This document shows, piece after piece, positions 46,560-47,250 of a DNA stretch of 47,250 nt (position 1 is the first letter of the stretch; each line of letters starts with the position of its first letter). The translations under genes were made by a program, and so were the position numbers. Below the pieces are notes generated by a model. That model saw only the letters and a list, made by a program, of their open reading frames with translations. It searched no databases and had not been told where the DNA came from. The stretch covers positions 1-47,250 of the forward strand of contig JAGPDM010000002.1 of NCBI GenBank assembly GCA_018057585.1, read 5' to 3'. Source of the stretch: Candidatus Saccharimonadota bacterium. Its GTDB lineage: Bacteria > Patescibacteriota > Saccharimonadia > Saccharimonadales > JAGPDM01.

Positions 46560-46582
46560 GTCTACTTTATGTGGACTTTTTT
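46560..46582 (+). terminator. second terminator-like hairpin after the tRNA-end duplicate
   Basis: GTCTAC-tttat-GTGGAC followed by TTTTTT. Confidence 0.6.
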
Positions 46583-46662
46583 AATGCTGGCTTCTATCGA
46601 AAAGAATGAATATTTTAAAATAAAGTATTGACTATTTAACAAGCTTATGTTATATTTATTTC

Positions 46663-47148
46663 ATGAACCAATTACAACAACCACAACCCGAACAAGAACA
46701 GACTGAAGCAGATCAAACAGCTAAGGTCGGAGCAACAGAACTAACATCCGAAAGTAATACGTGGGAATTAGCCGAATCAGCACTAATGCGAAGAATACAA
46801 GAAGCTGAAGAATTGCTGGCTAATCTTGATACCGATGATCTTGAAACAATCAAAAAAATTAACGAAATTGGAGAAGCTGAGGCGGGCAGACTCAGAGATG
46901 CAGAAGCAACTGAAACCGACAGATTAGATATGGAGCAAATCCTAGCAGAAATAGCCGCAGATAAGGCGGAAGATGATGAGCGATGGCCAGATGATGAATA
47001 TGATTTTGACCCTCGCGAAGATGACTACGAAGATGAAGAAACTGAAGATCCGCTAGCCGGTGACGTTGATGCCTGGGTTAACCCTAATGAAACTCGCACA
47101 AAAGAACAAGAAGCATACGACGCCCGACACATGCCAAATCCTCACTAA
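46663..47148 (+). CDS. highly acidic hypothetical protein
   Basis: 161 aa, Glu/Asp-rich, no motif recognised. Confidence 0.45.
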   Translation: MNQLQQPQPEQEQTEADQTAKVGATELTSESNTWELAESALMRRIQEAEELLANLDTDDLETIKKINEIGEAEAGRLRDAEATETDRLDMEQILAEIAADKAEDDERWPDDEYDFDPREDDYEDEETEDPLAGDVDAWVNPNETRTKEQEAYDARHMPNPH

Positions 47149-47250
47149 GTTGGTTTCAGGGATACGATAACTCCATCAGCTTTTCTGTATAGCTAACCAC
47201 GTATTGTTAATGATATTTAATTAACAATACGGATTTTGCTGAAGTTTTTT

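Noticed and set aside
1-47250. CRISPR arrays, IS transposases, integrases, rRNA, and an alternative genetic code.
   Set aside because: No regularly spaced short direct repeats were seen. No DDE, tyrosine-recombinase or serine-recombinase motifs appear in any ORF. TGA, TAA and TAG all terminate well-conserved genes (for example TGA for pilM at 9188-9190), so code 11 fits.

Overview
This is a roughly 40% GC, gene-dense window, mostly transcribed on the minus strand. It looks like a reduced-genome monoderm bacterium, and the gene content and style fit Patescibacteria/Saccharibacteria; that assignment is inference only. TGA is used as a stop (pilM ends with the ATGA overlap at 9187-9190), so the standard bacterial code applies.

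Recognisable content:
- A type IV pilus cluster: pilB, pilC, a major pilin, a minor-pilin operon with a large LamG-domain protein, and pilMNO.
- Recombination and competence genes: ruvB, ruvA, ruvC, yebC, and a short comEC.
- Housekeeping genes: a CPA2 antiporter, msrB/msrA, folE/folB, lepA, murJ, ftsH and tilS.
- An accessory-looking block at about 20.5-33.9 kb: small membrane proteins, decayed HAD genes, tRNA-Lys, an ATP-grasp ligase, two tandem-module GH130 proteins and a ParB-like protein.
- A CIRCE-controlled hrcA-grpE-dnaK-(NYN)-dnaJ operon, and a tRNA(CAU).

The main unexplained signal is a family of four roughly 190-240 nt dyad-symmetric, strongly structured intergenic elements at 613-853, 14031-14270, 32786-33024 and 43143-43330. 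Each abuts the stop codon of a minus-strand gene. The copies have diverged in sequence but keep their stems through compensatory changes. I cannot assign them to any named RNA or IS family.

Other oddities:
- Both tRNA genes are accompanied by short duplicates of their own ends 110-180 bp away.
- A roughly 57% GC partial ORF sits at the left edge.
- folE has no canonical start codon.
- A perfect 20-bp palindrome lies in the ATP-grasp/GH130 divergent promoter.

No CRISPR array, transposase, integrase or rRNA was seen.
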